From Nanobdellota archaeon (GTDB taxonomy: Archaea > Nanobdellota > Nanobdellia > Pacearchaeales > JAHJTO01), in assembly GCA_042572295.1 (NCBI GenBank), contig JBHPFA010000001.1, positions 79,788-143,787 of the forward strand: a DNA stretch of 64,000 bases, given 5' to 3'. The notes beneath the pieces are model-generated. The model was not told the origin of the DNA. It saw nothing but the letters and a program-made list of their open reading frames with translations, and did no database searches. Below, piece by piece: positions 26,503 through 33,420 of the stretch; within the stretch, counting starts at the first letter, position 1, and each line of letters starts with the position of its first letter. A program made the translations under genes and the position numbers.

Positions 26503-27423
26503 TTCTTTAGGAGCATAAGTCCTAAATGCTTCTTTATTGAAAAGTTCCTTTAAAGCATAAATATCAAACTTATGGTCTGTTTTATTGAATTCAAAATAAG
26601 TATTCTTGAAATGCCTTCCAGTAAGTGCTAATGTTCCTAGAATATCCAACATTTTGTGCCTTACTAGCTCATTTCCATCATATCTGAATCCTCTCATGTT
26701 TGGATCTCCATTTGATTCCTCACTTAGAAAACAATAGTTTGTCTTAGTTGCACCATGGATTCCTAAACTTCTTGTAATGTCCACTAAAGATTCTGGTAAT
26801 TTGTATTTTGTCTTTATAGGAGGTCTTGCAGACATTACTTCTTTTTCATAATTTGAAGGGCTTACATCGAAAAGAAATTCTCTGTTCCCTATGGCTTTAT
26901 GGTTGTAAAAAGCCTTGCTTCTTATATTAAATCCATTACCATGCATCACTTCTAGGCTGCAAGGTTCTTTTTTATGAGTATTATCTTTATTGCTCCATAA
27001 CAATGTTGGAGATTCTTTAGAATACTCCCAAAACTCTTTTGGAGAGTCTTGTATGTATAAACCTGCTCTTTTTAGTGCTTCAAAATATTCCTTTCCACAG
27101 TTATCTGTTGTTGGGCAAGTATCATCTGATAATTCAATTACTAAATTGTCTATGCCTAAAGCATAAACTGAAGATAAGATGTGTTCGACAATATGGATTT
27201 TTGCATTGCCATTCTCTACAGCAAGAGTCCTTCCAAACGTTCTTTGGACTTGTTTAGCGTTTTCTAAGTTAGCCTCAACTAAATCTTTCCCTAATAGAAA
27301 AGCTAATCCACTGTCTTGTTTTGCAGGGTGGAACACTGCTTGATTGTTTAGATTGTTGAATATATTTATTCCTTTCACCACCACTGGGCGATTAATAGTA
27401 GTTTGTAAATCCGGTCTACTCAT
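26491..27423 (-). CDS. LpxC-fold (UDP-3-O-acyl-GlcNAc deacetylase-like) zinc deacetylase homolog
   Basis: [23 protein letters not shown] aligns with E. coli LpxC [39 protein letters not shown] aligns with EFVRHKMLDAIGDLYM, so the Zn ligands His/His/Asp are conserved. Confidence 0.65.
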   Translation of the reverse strand: [310 protein letters not shown]

Positions 27424-27476
27424 AGTTTATTATGTTACTTGAAGGGTTTATAAAAGATTTGTTTCTACAGTATTAT

Positions 27477-27902
27477 ATGAAAAGAGTGTTGCTGTTAGTG
27501 CTTTTGTTGTTTATTTCTGGATGTGTGGAATGTAAAGAAGTAGTTATTAATACAGATTCGGGAGAACATGTTTTTAGTGTGGAAATAGCAGATAATGATA
27601 GGGAAAGAGCAAAAGGATTAATGTATAGAGAAGAGATGAATTTGGATAAAGGGATGTTATTTGTTTATGAAGATGAGGAGATTAGAAGTTTTTGGATGAA
27701 AAACACTCTTATCCCATTAGATATAATTTTTATTGATTCTGATTTAAGTGTGGTTGATATTAAAGAAGATGTTTTGCCTTGTGAAGAAGTTTGTGAGGGT
27801 TACATGTCTTTGAAGCCTGCAAAGTATGTTCTAGAGATTAATGCCGGACTGTCTAAGGAGATGGGCTTAGATATTGGAGCGAATATTGAGTTAAAGGTTT
27901 AA
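27477..27902 (+). CDS. DUF192 family secreted protein
   Basis: Start taken at the ATG at 27477 (MKRVLLLVLLLFISGC), with TTTATAAAA about 25 nt upstream. Carries the GLMYREEMNLDKGMLFVY...FWMKNTLIPLDIIFID block. Confidence 0.7.
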   Translation: MKRVLLLVLLLFISGCVECKEVVINTDSGEHVFSVEIADNDRERAKGLMYREEMNLDKGMLFVYEDEEIRSFWMKNTLIPLDIIFIDSDLSVVDIKEDVLPCEEVCEGYMSLKPAKYVLEINAGLSKEMGLDIGANIELKV

Positions 27903-27926
27903 ATAATTGGATTGCATACAATAAAT

Positions 27927-28157
27927 ATGGTTAGAAAAAGGGGTTGGAGCTCTATTAAGACTCATTTGTTGGAGTTCTTTCTGATAGGGGTTGTGTTTGG
28001 TATTTTAGAAGATATAATAGCGATTATGCTTTATGGTGGAAGTTTTGTTCTAGATCCTAAGATGTTTTATATTGCAGCTGCTGTTGCAATCCCTTTTGCT
28101 ATAATTTCTGAGTTAGTTGTTGATTGGTCTGAAATATTTAGACTAGGTAAGAAGTAA
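27927..28157 (+). CDS. Small membrane protein
   Basis: ATG at 27927 (track uses TTG 27912). Two TM helices. Confidence 0.45.
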   Translation: MVRKRGWSSIKTHLLEFFLIGVVFGILEDIIAIMLYGGSFVLDPKMFYIAAAVAIPFAIISELVVDWSEIFRLGKK

Positions 28158-28188
28158 TTCTTTAGCCCCTCTGGAATAGTGACAAAGG

Positions 28189-28203
28189 GGAAGGTTTAAA
28201 TAA
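28189..28203 (+). promoter_or_regulatory. BRE/TATA-like box upstream of receiver-domain gene
   Basis: GGAAGGTTTAAATAA ends about 21 nt before the ATG at 28224. Confidence 0.4.
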
Positions 28204-28223
28204 GCTTAAATTTTAATTTCTTA

Positions 28224-28628
28224 ATGGAAGAAAAGAAAAAAATTGTAATCGCAGATGACAATGCAGCATGCAGAAGAGTTCTTGTAAGATTACTAGAGAA
28301 AGAGTATGAAGTTGAGCAACATATTTCTGGAGAAACAGTGTATAATAGAGTTACTGGAGAGGATGGGAAAGGATCTCTTTCTGGAATTGATGCTTTAATC
28401 TTAGATAATAACATGCCCCCTGGTCCAACTGGAGTAGAAATAGCATGTGAAGCAAGAGAAAAATATCCAAATCTTCCAATAGTAATACAAAGTTCTGGAT
28501 TAAACTACTTTGAGGAAGATATAATCACTAAAAATAATATTAGTTATATATCAAAGCCTTTCAATATTTACTCTTTCTTAGAGCATGTTAATGAAGAAGT
28601 AAAAAAGGCTAGAAATGGAAAAAAGTAA
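28224..28628 (+). CDS. Stand-alone response-regulator receiver (CheY-like) domain protein
   Basis: IVIADDN (acidic pair), ALILDNNMP (phospho-acceptor Asp), VIQSS (Thr/Ser position) and ISKPF (conserved Lys-Pro). Confidence 0.7.
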   Translation: MEEKKKIVIADDNAACRRVLVRLLEKEYEVEQHISGETVYNRVTGEDGKGSLSGIDALILDNNMPPGPTGVEIACEAREKYPNLPIVIQSSGLNYFEEDIITKNNISYISKPFNIYSFLEHVNEEVKKARNGKK

Positions 28629-29034
28629 GTTAGTTGTTATTGTTAATAGAGGATTTCCTGTTTTGAATGTTCAAGAGAATGTTGTAAAAAAAATGGGTTA
28701 TTCTGTAAAAACTTGTAAAAATTCTAAAGAAGTAAAAGAAATGCTTGAAGAGTATAATGCTGGAGAATTGAGGATTGGGGCATTTATAATTGATGAAGGT
28801 TTCACCACAGAATCGCTCAGGGGAAATGGAGCAATAACTTCTACAGAATTGATAGGAAAAATAAGAGATTTAGATGATACTGTTCCAATAAGGTATAAAC
28901 CAAGAGAGTGGGATTCAAAATATGAAAAAATGTTTGAAGGAAAATGTCTTGATTTCTATAAAGGTAAAAGTGAAAAATTATCCACAGTAGATCATCTAAA
29001 AGAGTATCTTCCGAAGAAGTTCCCTCTTAGATAA
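28615..29034 (+). CDS. Degenerate receiver-like domain protein
   Basis: LVVIVNRGF (acidic pair lost) and AFIIDEGF (Asp retained). Overlaps the upstream gene by 14 nt. Confidence 0.4.
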   Translation: MEKSKLVVIVNRGFPVLNVQENVVKKMGYSVKTCKNSKEVKEMLEEYNAGELRIGAFIIDEGFTTESLRGNGAITSTELIGKIRDLDDTVPIRYKPREWDSKYEKMFEGKCLDFYKGKSEKLSTVDHLKEYLPKKFPLR

Positions 29035-29081
29035 GTTTTATAAACACATTTTTTCTTAAATAATCGTGCAGTAATGCATAT

Positions 29082-29154
29082 GGCTCCGTAGCTCAATGGC
29101 TAGAGTACTGGCCTTTTAAGCCAGGTGTTGCGGGTTCGAGTCCCGTCGGAGTCA
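29082..29154 (+). tRNA. tRNA-Lys(UUU)
   Basis: Acceptor GGCTCCG/CGGAGTC. D arm GCTC-AATGGCTA-GAGT. Anticodon arm CTGGC-CTTTTAA-GCCAG. T arm GCGGG-TTCGAGT-CCCGT. Discriminator A. 73 nt. Confidence 0.9.
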
Positions 29155-29155
29155 T
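29143..29155 (+). repeat. att-like core copy 0 (inside tRNA-Lys 3' end)
   Basis: CCGTCGGAGTCAT. The 18-nt version GAGTCCCGTCGGAGTCAT starts at 29138. Confidence 0.85.
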
Positions 29156-29214
29156 GTACCCTTTTGACTGATTCAAGAGATGCCAACTATTTCTTAGAAA
29201 TCTTCTAAAATTAT

Positions 29215-30186
29215 TTAATTTTCAAAGATCATTTTCTTTGCTGGGAAAAGGTGATCTTCACCCATTATTGCAGTCTCTACTTTATTGATAACTTTTGAAA
29301 ATTCTTTTGTTAAATCCGAAATAATCTCAAGATAATCATGATAACTTTCACTCATAATCTCTAACTCTATATCCCAAGGACTTATTTGTTTTACCAAATG
29401 AATTATTTTTGGATTTCTCTTTGAATAATTCATCAATCTTTTTTCATCTTCTATTGCCAAATTCTTGAAATATAAAAAAGTTTTATAGAATTCATACCCT
29501 AAAAGATTAAAGTCTATCTTAGCAGCATATCTAAAGATGATCCCCTTATCTCCTAATTTCTTCATCCTACTTCTTATAATATCTATTGTGGAGTTATACT
29601 TTCTTGCAATATCAACGAGATTGATTCTGGCATTGCTGAATAATTCTTTGAGTATCTTCTTCTCTACTTCATCCAAGATGTAATCTCCTTGTATGCCAAA
29701 CATAACTTTCCATTCTGTTTCTGATTCATAAAGAAAAGTTTTATCATGCACACTAACATCTACCAATACCCCTGTATAACTTTCTAAAATAAGATCTTTG
29801 AATTTTGAAAATAATTCATTTTTCAGTTCAAAGAATTCTCTGTTTGACTTTACAAAATATGTTAGGCCAGCATTCCAAGCTCCCTCTGCAATTCCAAGCC
29901 ATAAAAGCCTTTTATCTCTCTTTACAAATTCTACAAATTTCTTCTTTTGTTCAGGCTTATTAGAAAATTTAAGATATATCTTCGCAGTAGTATACCCTAC
30001 TTTTGTAGGATCTATCCAAATAGTATATCCTTTTAGGACTCCTTTATTCTCTAGTTGTTTAATTCTATACCTTACTGATTCCTTAGATTTCCCAATTATT
30101 TTTGCTAATTTTGTTTCTGGAATTCTACAATTCCTATCTAGCTCAAAGAGGATCCTTCTATCTGCCTTATCTAAGTTTACTACCAT
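29215..30186 (-). CDS. Tandem-duplicated Lrp/AsnC-family transcriptional regulator
   Basis: Two HTH+RAM-like units: LDKADRRILFELDRNCRIPETKLAKIIGKSKESVRYRIKQLENKGVLKGY and LDEVEKKILKELFSNARINLVDIARKYNSTIDIIRSRMKKLGDKGIIFRY. Confidence 0.75.
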   Translation of the reverse strand: MVVNLDKADRRILFELDRNCRIPETKLAKIIGKSKESVRYRIKQLENKGVLKGYTIWIDPTKVGYTTAKIYLKFSNKPEQKKKFVEFVKRDKRLLWLGIAEGAWNAGLTYFVKSNREFFELKNELFSKFKDLILESYTGVLVDVSVHDKTFLYESETEWKVMFGIQGDYILDEVEKKILKELFSNARINLVDIARKYNSTIDIIRSRMKKLGDKGIIFRYAAKIDFNLLGYEFYKTFLYFKNLAIEDEKRLMNYSKRNPKIIHLVKQISPWDIELEIMSESYHDYLEIISDLTKEFSKVINKVETAIMGEDHLFPAKKMIFEN

Positions 30187-30286
30187 TTTAGTAAATAATC
30201 GTTTATATTTATAAATATTTCCATTTTTTGACTAAAATACTGAAGAAACTTTAATATATAAAGTATTACTATCCAGTAATAATAAA

Positions 30287-31021
30287 ATGGGAATTATAAA
30301 AAACCACAAGACCTTAATAGAAAAACTAAAAGAATCAATTAGTGAAACTAGTAAAGAGCTCATTGCTATTCAAGCAGGCCATTTCCCTCTTCGCCTTAAT
30401 AAGGGGAAAAGAATTCTTGAAGAAGGGTTAGATACATGGGGAGAATTTAGTGAGTATACTTTTGATGTAGGGTGTGAACTTGCAAAATACTCTCAAGAAT
30501 TAGGAAAAAAGACAAGAGTTTACATTGTTTGTGATGACTTACGTTATGCGAAAGGGTATAACCTCTCCCGTGAAAAAGATCCGAGACTCATTAAATGGCA
30601 AAAAGCAAGATTAAAATTTTATAGGGACCAATCAAAGACTCTGCCAAATAAATATGAGGAAATTTTGAAAAAGTATCACTTGGGCAATGAATTAATTGTT
30701 AAACCAAATAATCCAAAAAATAATTCTAATTATTTTTCAGAGGTAAGTTTAAGAGACAAGAATAAAGATAGGCTATGTCTTAGCTATTCAGCATGTAAAG
30801 ATGAATACCTTGGATTATTAGACAAATATATCTCTGAAGAAAAAGATTATTTCATTAGTTTTATCCCAAATATCTGCTCCCATGCAATACAAGATGCGAT
30901 CTGGGTAGATAAGCCAAATTTGAAAACAAGTCATATTTTTGTGGATACAGGGGTTAATTCCCCTCTAAAGTCAATTGATAGGCAATATATCGATGAAGAT
31001 ATCACAGTCTATAGAAAGTAG
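30287..31021 (+). CDS. Hypothetical protein (element A cargo)
   Basis: 244-aa ORF divergent from the Lrp-like gene across an AT-rich palindromic TATA region. No motif recognised. Confidence 0.55.
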   Translation: MGIIKNHKTLIEKLKESISETSKELIAIQAGHFPLRLNKGKRILEEGLDTWGEFSEYTFDVGCELAKYSQELGKKTRVYIVCDDLRYAKGYNLSREKDPRLIKWQKARLKFYRDQSKTLPNKYEEILKKYHLGNELIVKPNNPKNNSNYFSEVSLRDKNKDRLCLSYSACKDEYLGLLDKYISEEKDYFISFIPNICSHAIQDAIWVDKPNLKTSHIFVDTGVNSPLKSIDRQYIDEDITVYRK

Positions 31022-31095
31022 GAATCTATAAATACTGGTGCCACTTTGGTGCCTTATAATCATTTGGCATCTCTGTGATCAGTCACAATGGTGTA

Positions 31096-31113
31096 GAGTC
31101 CCGTCGGAGTCAT
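31096..31113 (+). repeat. att-like core copy 1
   Basis: GAGTCCCGTCGGAGTCAT, identical to tRNA-Lys 29138-29155. Confidence 0.85.
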
Positions 31114-31244
31114 CTACTCTCATGGTAAATCCAAGAGTCACAAACCTGTACAAGTCCTGTATAAGTTTAAGCCTTAATTCTAACATAAACTAAACAGTTT
31201 AAAAGGATTGTCGAGAGTGAGTGGATGTGTTAAGCATTGGCGAG

Positions 31245-31637
31245 CTAATCTGATTTTATTGGTCCTCTTGACAACAATTCTAATTTAACCACCTTTTTAC
31301 AATAATCAAAGAATGTTCTCCGCTTCACCCCTATTGCAGCCGCCCCAATATATCCCATTCCTCTTTCAACTTGAATACAAGATCTTCTTAATACATGCGC
31401 CCTTATCTTATCTTCTAACTTTAGATCTACTGGAGATGTTACTATCTTGCTATCCACCTTTGAAAAGAAGAAAATGTTATGCTCCCTGTATGCTGGGGGG
31501 CTTGTCTTCTGGTGAATTGTATAAACTGAGATATATCTGTTTAAACCTAAAATTTCAATATAGTTTGTTTGTAATCCACGAATATCTCCTTCTATTTCTT
31601 CAAGATACATTCTTTGAAATCGATTTAAATTTTTCAT
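31245..31637 (-). CDS. 130-aa minimal tyrosine-recombinase-like protein (tentative)
   Basis: GAGAGGAG RBS and TTTATA/TTATAAAT boxes lie upstream. Candidate catalytic residues in order: GLNR, HQK, AHVLRR (HxxR), then Tyr in FFDY 31 residues after the His. No N-terminal DNA-binding domain and no second His. Confidence 0.35.
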   Translation of the reverse strand: MKNLNRFQRMYLEEIEGDIRGLQTNYIEILGLNRYISVYTIHQKTSPPAYREHNIFFFSKVDSKIVTSPVDLKLEDKIRAHVLRRSCIQVERGMGYIGAAAIGVKRRTFFDYCKKVVKLELLSRGPIKSD

Positions 31638-31796
31638 TTTACTCCTCTCAGAATTAGGTTCTGAGGCACCAACACCTCTAATTTATAAGAAGGTTAGGGG
31701 TATAAAAGCTTTCCCAAGACTTACAATTTTATATTTAACCTGTATAAAACCTGTATAACTTTGTGTCTCTCTAATTTACCACAACTATCCAGTGTG

Positions 31797-31809
31797 CCGT
31801 CGGAGTCAT
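31797..31809 (+). repeat. att-like core copy 2
   Basis: CCGTCGGAGTCAT. Confidence 0.8.
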
Positions 31810-31900
31810 TCCAAAATTTCTATGGCCCTTAAGTGTCCTCTTCAGAAGTTTTATATATCTCTCTAACGAGGAATATAATATCAAAAGGGAGGCTGATTAA

Positions 31901-32056
31901 ATGATAGAATATAAAACAATGGGTTGGTTACAGCTAATTGGGGCTGTTGTTGCAGGTTTTTTTGGATATCAAGATAGTAATTGGGGTGTTTTAACTCTTG
32001 CAATAGTGCTACTATTAACATCCATACACCACCTAACCACTAAAAAGAAACATTAA
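31901..32056 (+). CDS. 51-aa two-helix membrane peptide
   Basis: Not in ORF track. GGGAGG lies 8 nt upstream of the ATG. Translation is MIEYKTMGWLQLIGAVVAGFFGYQDSNWGVLTLAIVLLLTSIHHLTTKKKH. Confidence 0.45.
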   Translation: MIEYKTMGWLQLIGAVVAGFFGYQDSNWGVLTLAIVLLLTSIHHLTTKKKH

Positions 32057-32090
32057 TTTTTAATTAGTAAATGAAAGGGGGAAATGATAA

Positions 32091-32735
32091 ATGAAAAAAA
32101 TATTTATTTTATTAGCAACTTTAGTTTTAGCAAGTGCTTTTGTTTTAGCTCAAGGTCAAGGAATTCATGAACCTGGAACTGGCATTGAAAATCCTGAATT
32201 AAAAGCTGTAGGCCAAGGAACTGGACAAGGCTTAGAAGAGGGTGAAGTAATGGGTGCCGGAGAAGGTAAAAAATTAAGAGCTGAGGCTGGAACCTATAAA
32301 AATCAGGCAGGTATGCAAATGCAATTACATAGGCAAGAAAATGGCCAATGTAGGCTTGAAGTTGAAGGGGTTATTGCAGATTGTCCGAATAACATGACTC
32401 AAGAGATGTTCCAAAATAGGACAAGGTTACATACAATGCTTTCAAATGGAAGGGATGCAGAAATTAAAGTTATGCCAAATACTGCTTCAGAAACTGCTTT
32501 ACAGAGATTGAGGTTAAGAAATTGTGACGAAGATTGTCAAATTGAACTTAAAGAAGTAGGTGCTGGAGAACAAGTAAGAGCAGCTTATGAAATGAAAGCT
32601 CAAAGAAACTCAAAAGTTTTTGGATTATTCAGGGCGAGAATGCAAGTTCAAGCACAAGTTGATGCTGAAACTGGAGAGTTGATTCAAACCAAGAAACCTT
32701 GGTGGGCTTTCTTAGCAACAGAAGCTGAAGAGTAA
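32091..32735 (+). CDS. Secreted protein, unknown function
   Basis: Signal peptide MKKIFILLATLVLASAFVLAQG. Gly/Gln/Glu-rich N-terminal region and two Cys pairs. C-terminal block VDAETGELIQTKKPWWAFL. Confidence 0.6.
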   Translation: MKKIFILLATLVLASAFVLAQGQGIHEPGTGIENPELKAVGQGTGQGLEEGEVMGAGEGKKLRAEAGTYKNQAGMQMQLHRQENGQCRLEVEGVIADCPNNMTQEMFQNRTRLHTMLSNGRDAEIKVMPNTASETALQRLRLRNCDEDCQIELKEVGAGEQVRAAYEMKAQRNSKVFGLFRARMQVQAQVDAETGELIQTKKPWWAFLATEAEE

Positions 32736-32774
32736 TTTTTTAATTTATTTTTTCTTTTTCTTTATTTTTTTATT
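32736..32774 (+). terminator. Long oligo-T tract after 32091..32735
   Basis: TTTTTTAATTTATTTTTTCTTTTTCTTTATTTTTTTATT. Confidence 0.45.
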
Positions 32775-33065
32775 TTATTGACTTGGGTCTCTACTCTCTA
32801 TCTTAATCGCTTTTCCTTTTACTATTGCTTCTGCTATTTTCTTTCTTCCAGATTTTAGAATTCTTGATAATGTAGGCTGAGAAACATTCATTTTCTTTCC
32901 TGCCTCTTCTTGAGGAATTTCATTTAAATCTACTAATCTAATTGCCTCAAATTCTGGCATGCTTAGGACAGTTTCTTCTAGATCAATCATCCTTATACCT
33001 GCAGGTTTAAAATATGAAGAGTTAGGCTCTCCCCTAACTCTCCTTCTAATACAAGGTCTAGGCAT
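32775..33065 (-). CDS. DUF134 (UPF0251) HTH DNA-binding protein
   Basis: MPRPCIRRRVRGEPNSSYFKPAGI...LSMPEFEAIRLVDLNEIPQEEAGKKMNVSQPTLSRIL. Start taken at the ATG at 33065, because the track's longer start at 33104 would overlap the upstream DUF5320-like ORF. Confidence 0.75.
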   Translation of the reverse strand: MPRPCIRRRVRGEPNSSYFKPAGIRMIDLEETVLSMPEFEAIRLVDLNEIPQEEAGKKMNVSQPTLSRILKSGRKKIAEAIVKGKAIKIESRDPSQ

Positions 33066-33066
33066 T

Positions 33067-33213
33067 TTATTGGTTATTTCTTCTTCTACCAAGACCTCTT
33101 CCACAAGGCCCTAAACCTTTTCCAACTACAGGTTTTGCATCTTTGCAATCTCCTAATTGTCTTCCAGTTTTAGGCCCTTTTCCATCAGGTCCTGTTCCGT
33201 CTTTATTTGGCAT
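33067..33213 (-). CDS. DUF5320-like small Gly/Pro-rich protein
   Basis: Not in ORF track. GGAGGT lies 8 nt upstream. Translation is MPNKDGTGPDGKGPKTGRQLGDCKDAKPVVGKGLGPCGRGLGRRRNNQ. The stop is 1 nt before the DUF134 start, and DUF134/DUF5320 pairs are a known association. Confidence 0.6.
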   Translation of the reverse strand: MPNKDGTGPDGKGPKTGRQLGDCKDAKPVVGKGLGPCGRGLGRRRNNQ

Positions 33214-33380
33214 ATTATTGTACCTCCATGTTATGAATACCTATTCATTACTACTATATATACTTTTTGGTTATCCCTTAATAAGTCCTGATTATAGAAA
33301 ATTATTTAAACTCCAGCGACGTTAAATGATTAACAGGCACATTAAACTCTTGTAAGAGTCATAGATTTTCTGTAATGGCA

Positions 33381-33393
33381 CCGTCGGAGTCAT
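33381..33393 (+). repeat. att-like core copy 3
   Basis: CCGTCGGAGTCAT. Confidence 0.8.
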
Positions 33394-33420
33394 AACTTAG
33401 AATTCTAGGACCCACGATTT

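Larger units (their letters stand above)
29155..31113. mobile_element. Putative integrated mini-element A (~1.96 kb) at tRNA-Lys
   Basis: Bounded by core copies 0 and 1. Terminal inverted repeat TGACTGATTCAAGAGATGCCAA (29165-86) matches the reverse complement of 31064-85 at 19/22. No recombinase gene. Confidence 0.55.
31114..31809. mobile_element. Putative integrated mini-element B (~0.70 kb) with recombinase-like ORF
   Basis: Bounded by core copies 1 and 2. Inverted repeat 31123-44 matches the reverse complement of 31760-81 at 18/22. Direct iterons CCTGTAYAAnnCCTGTATAA lie at 31145-65 and 31739-59. Confidence 0.55.
31810..33393. mobile_element. Putative integrated mini-element C (~1.58 kb)
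   Basis: Bounded by core copies 2 and 3. Weaker terminal inverted repeat: 31813-33 AAAATTTCTATGGCCCTTAAG against the reverse complement of 33349-69, AAAATCTATGACTCTTACAAG (needs indels). Confidence 0.45.

Noticed and set aside
29798-30214. 138-aa plus-strand ORF
   Set aside because: It is antisense to the tandem Lrp/AsnC regulator, which has two clear HTH units.
31313-31657. 114-aa plus-strand ORF in element B
   Set aside because: It is antisense to the 130-aa ORF. The minus-strand ORF has an RBS (GAGAGGAG) and upstream TATA boxes, whereas the plus ORF is Leu/Ser/Pro-rich with no start context. The choice remains somewhat uncertain.
30268-31793. 10-nt match ACTATCCAGT at 30268-77 and 31784-93
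   Set aside because: Thousands of 10-mer coincidences are expected in 64 kb, and there is no supporting structure.
31638-31809. Idea that the 130-aa ORF is the C-terminal half of an SSV-type integrase split by integration at its own attP
   Set aside because: The reading frame upstream of the ATG closes at an in-frame stop (31683-85), about 110 nt short of the att core. The ORF also has its own promoter and RBS, so it is not a split gene running into the att site.
31096-33393. Idea that the repeated tRNA-Lys 3' ends are Nanoarchaeum-style split-tRNA 3' halves
   Set aside because: The copies cover only tRNA positions about 57/62-73. They do not form a full 3' half from position 38, and they have no complementary leader to pair with a 5' half. 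An intact tRNA-Lys is also present.
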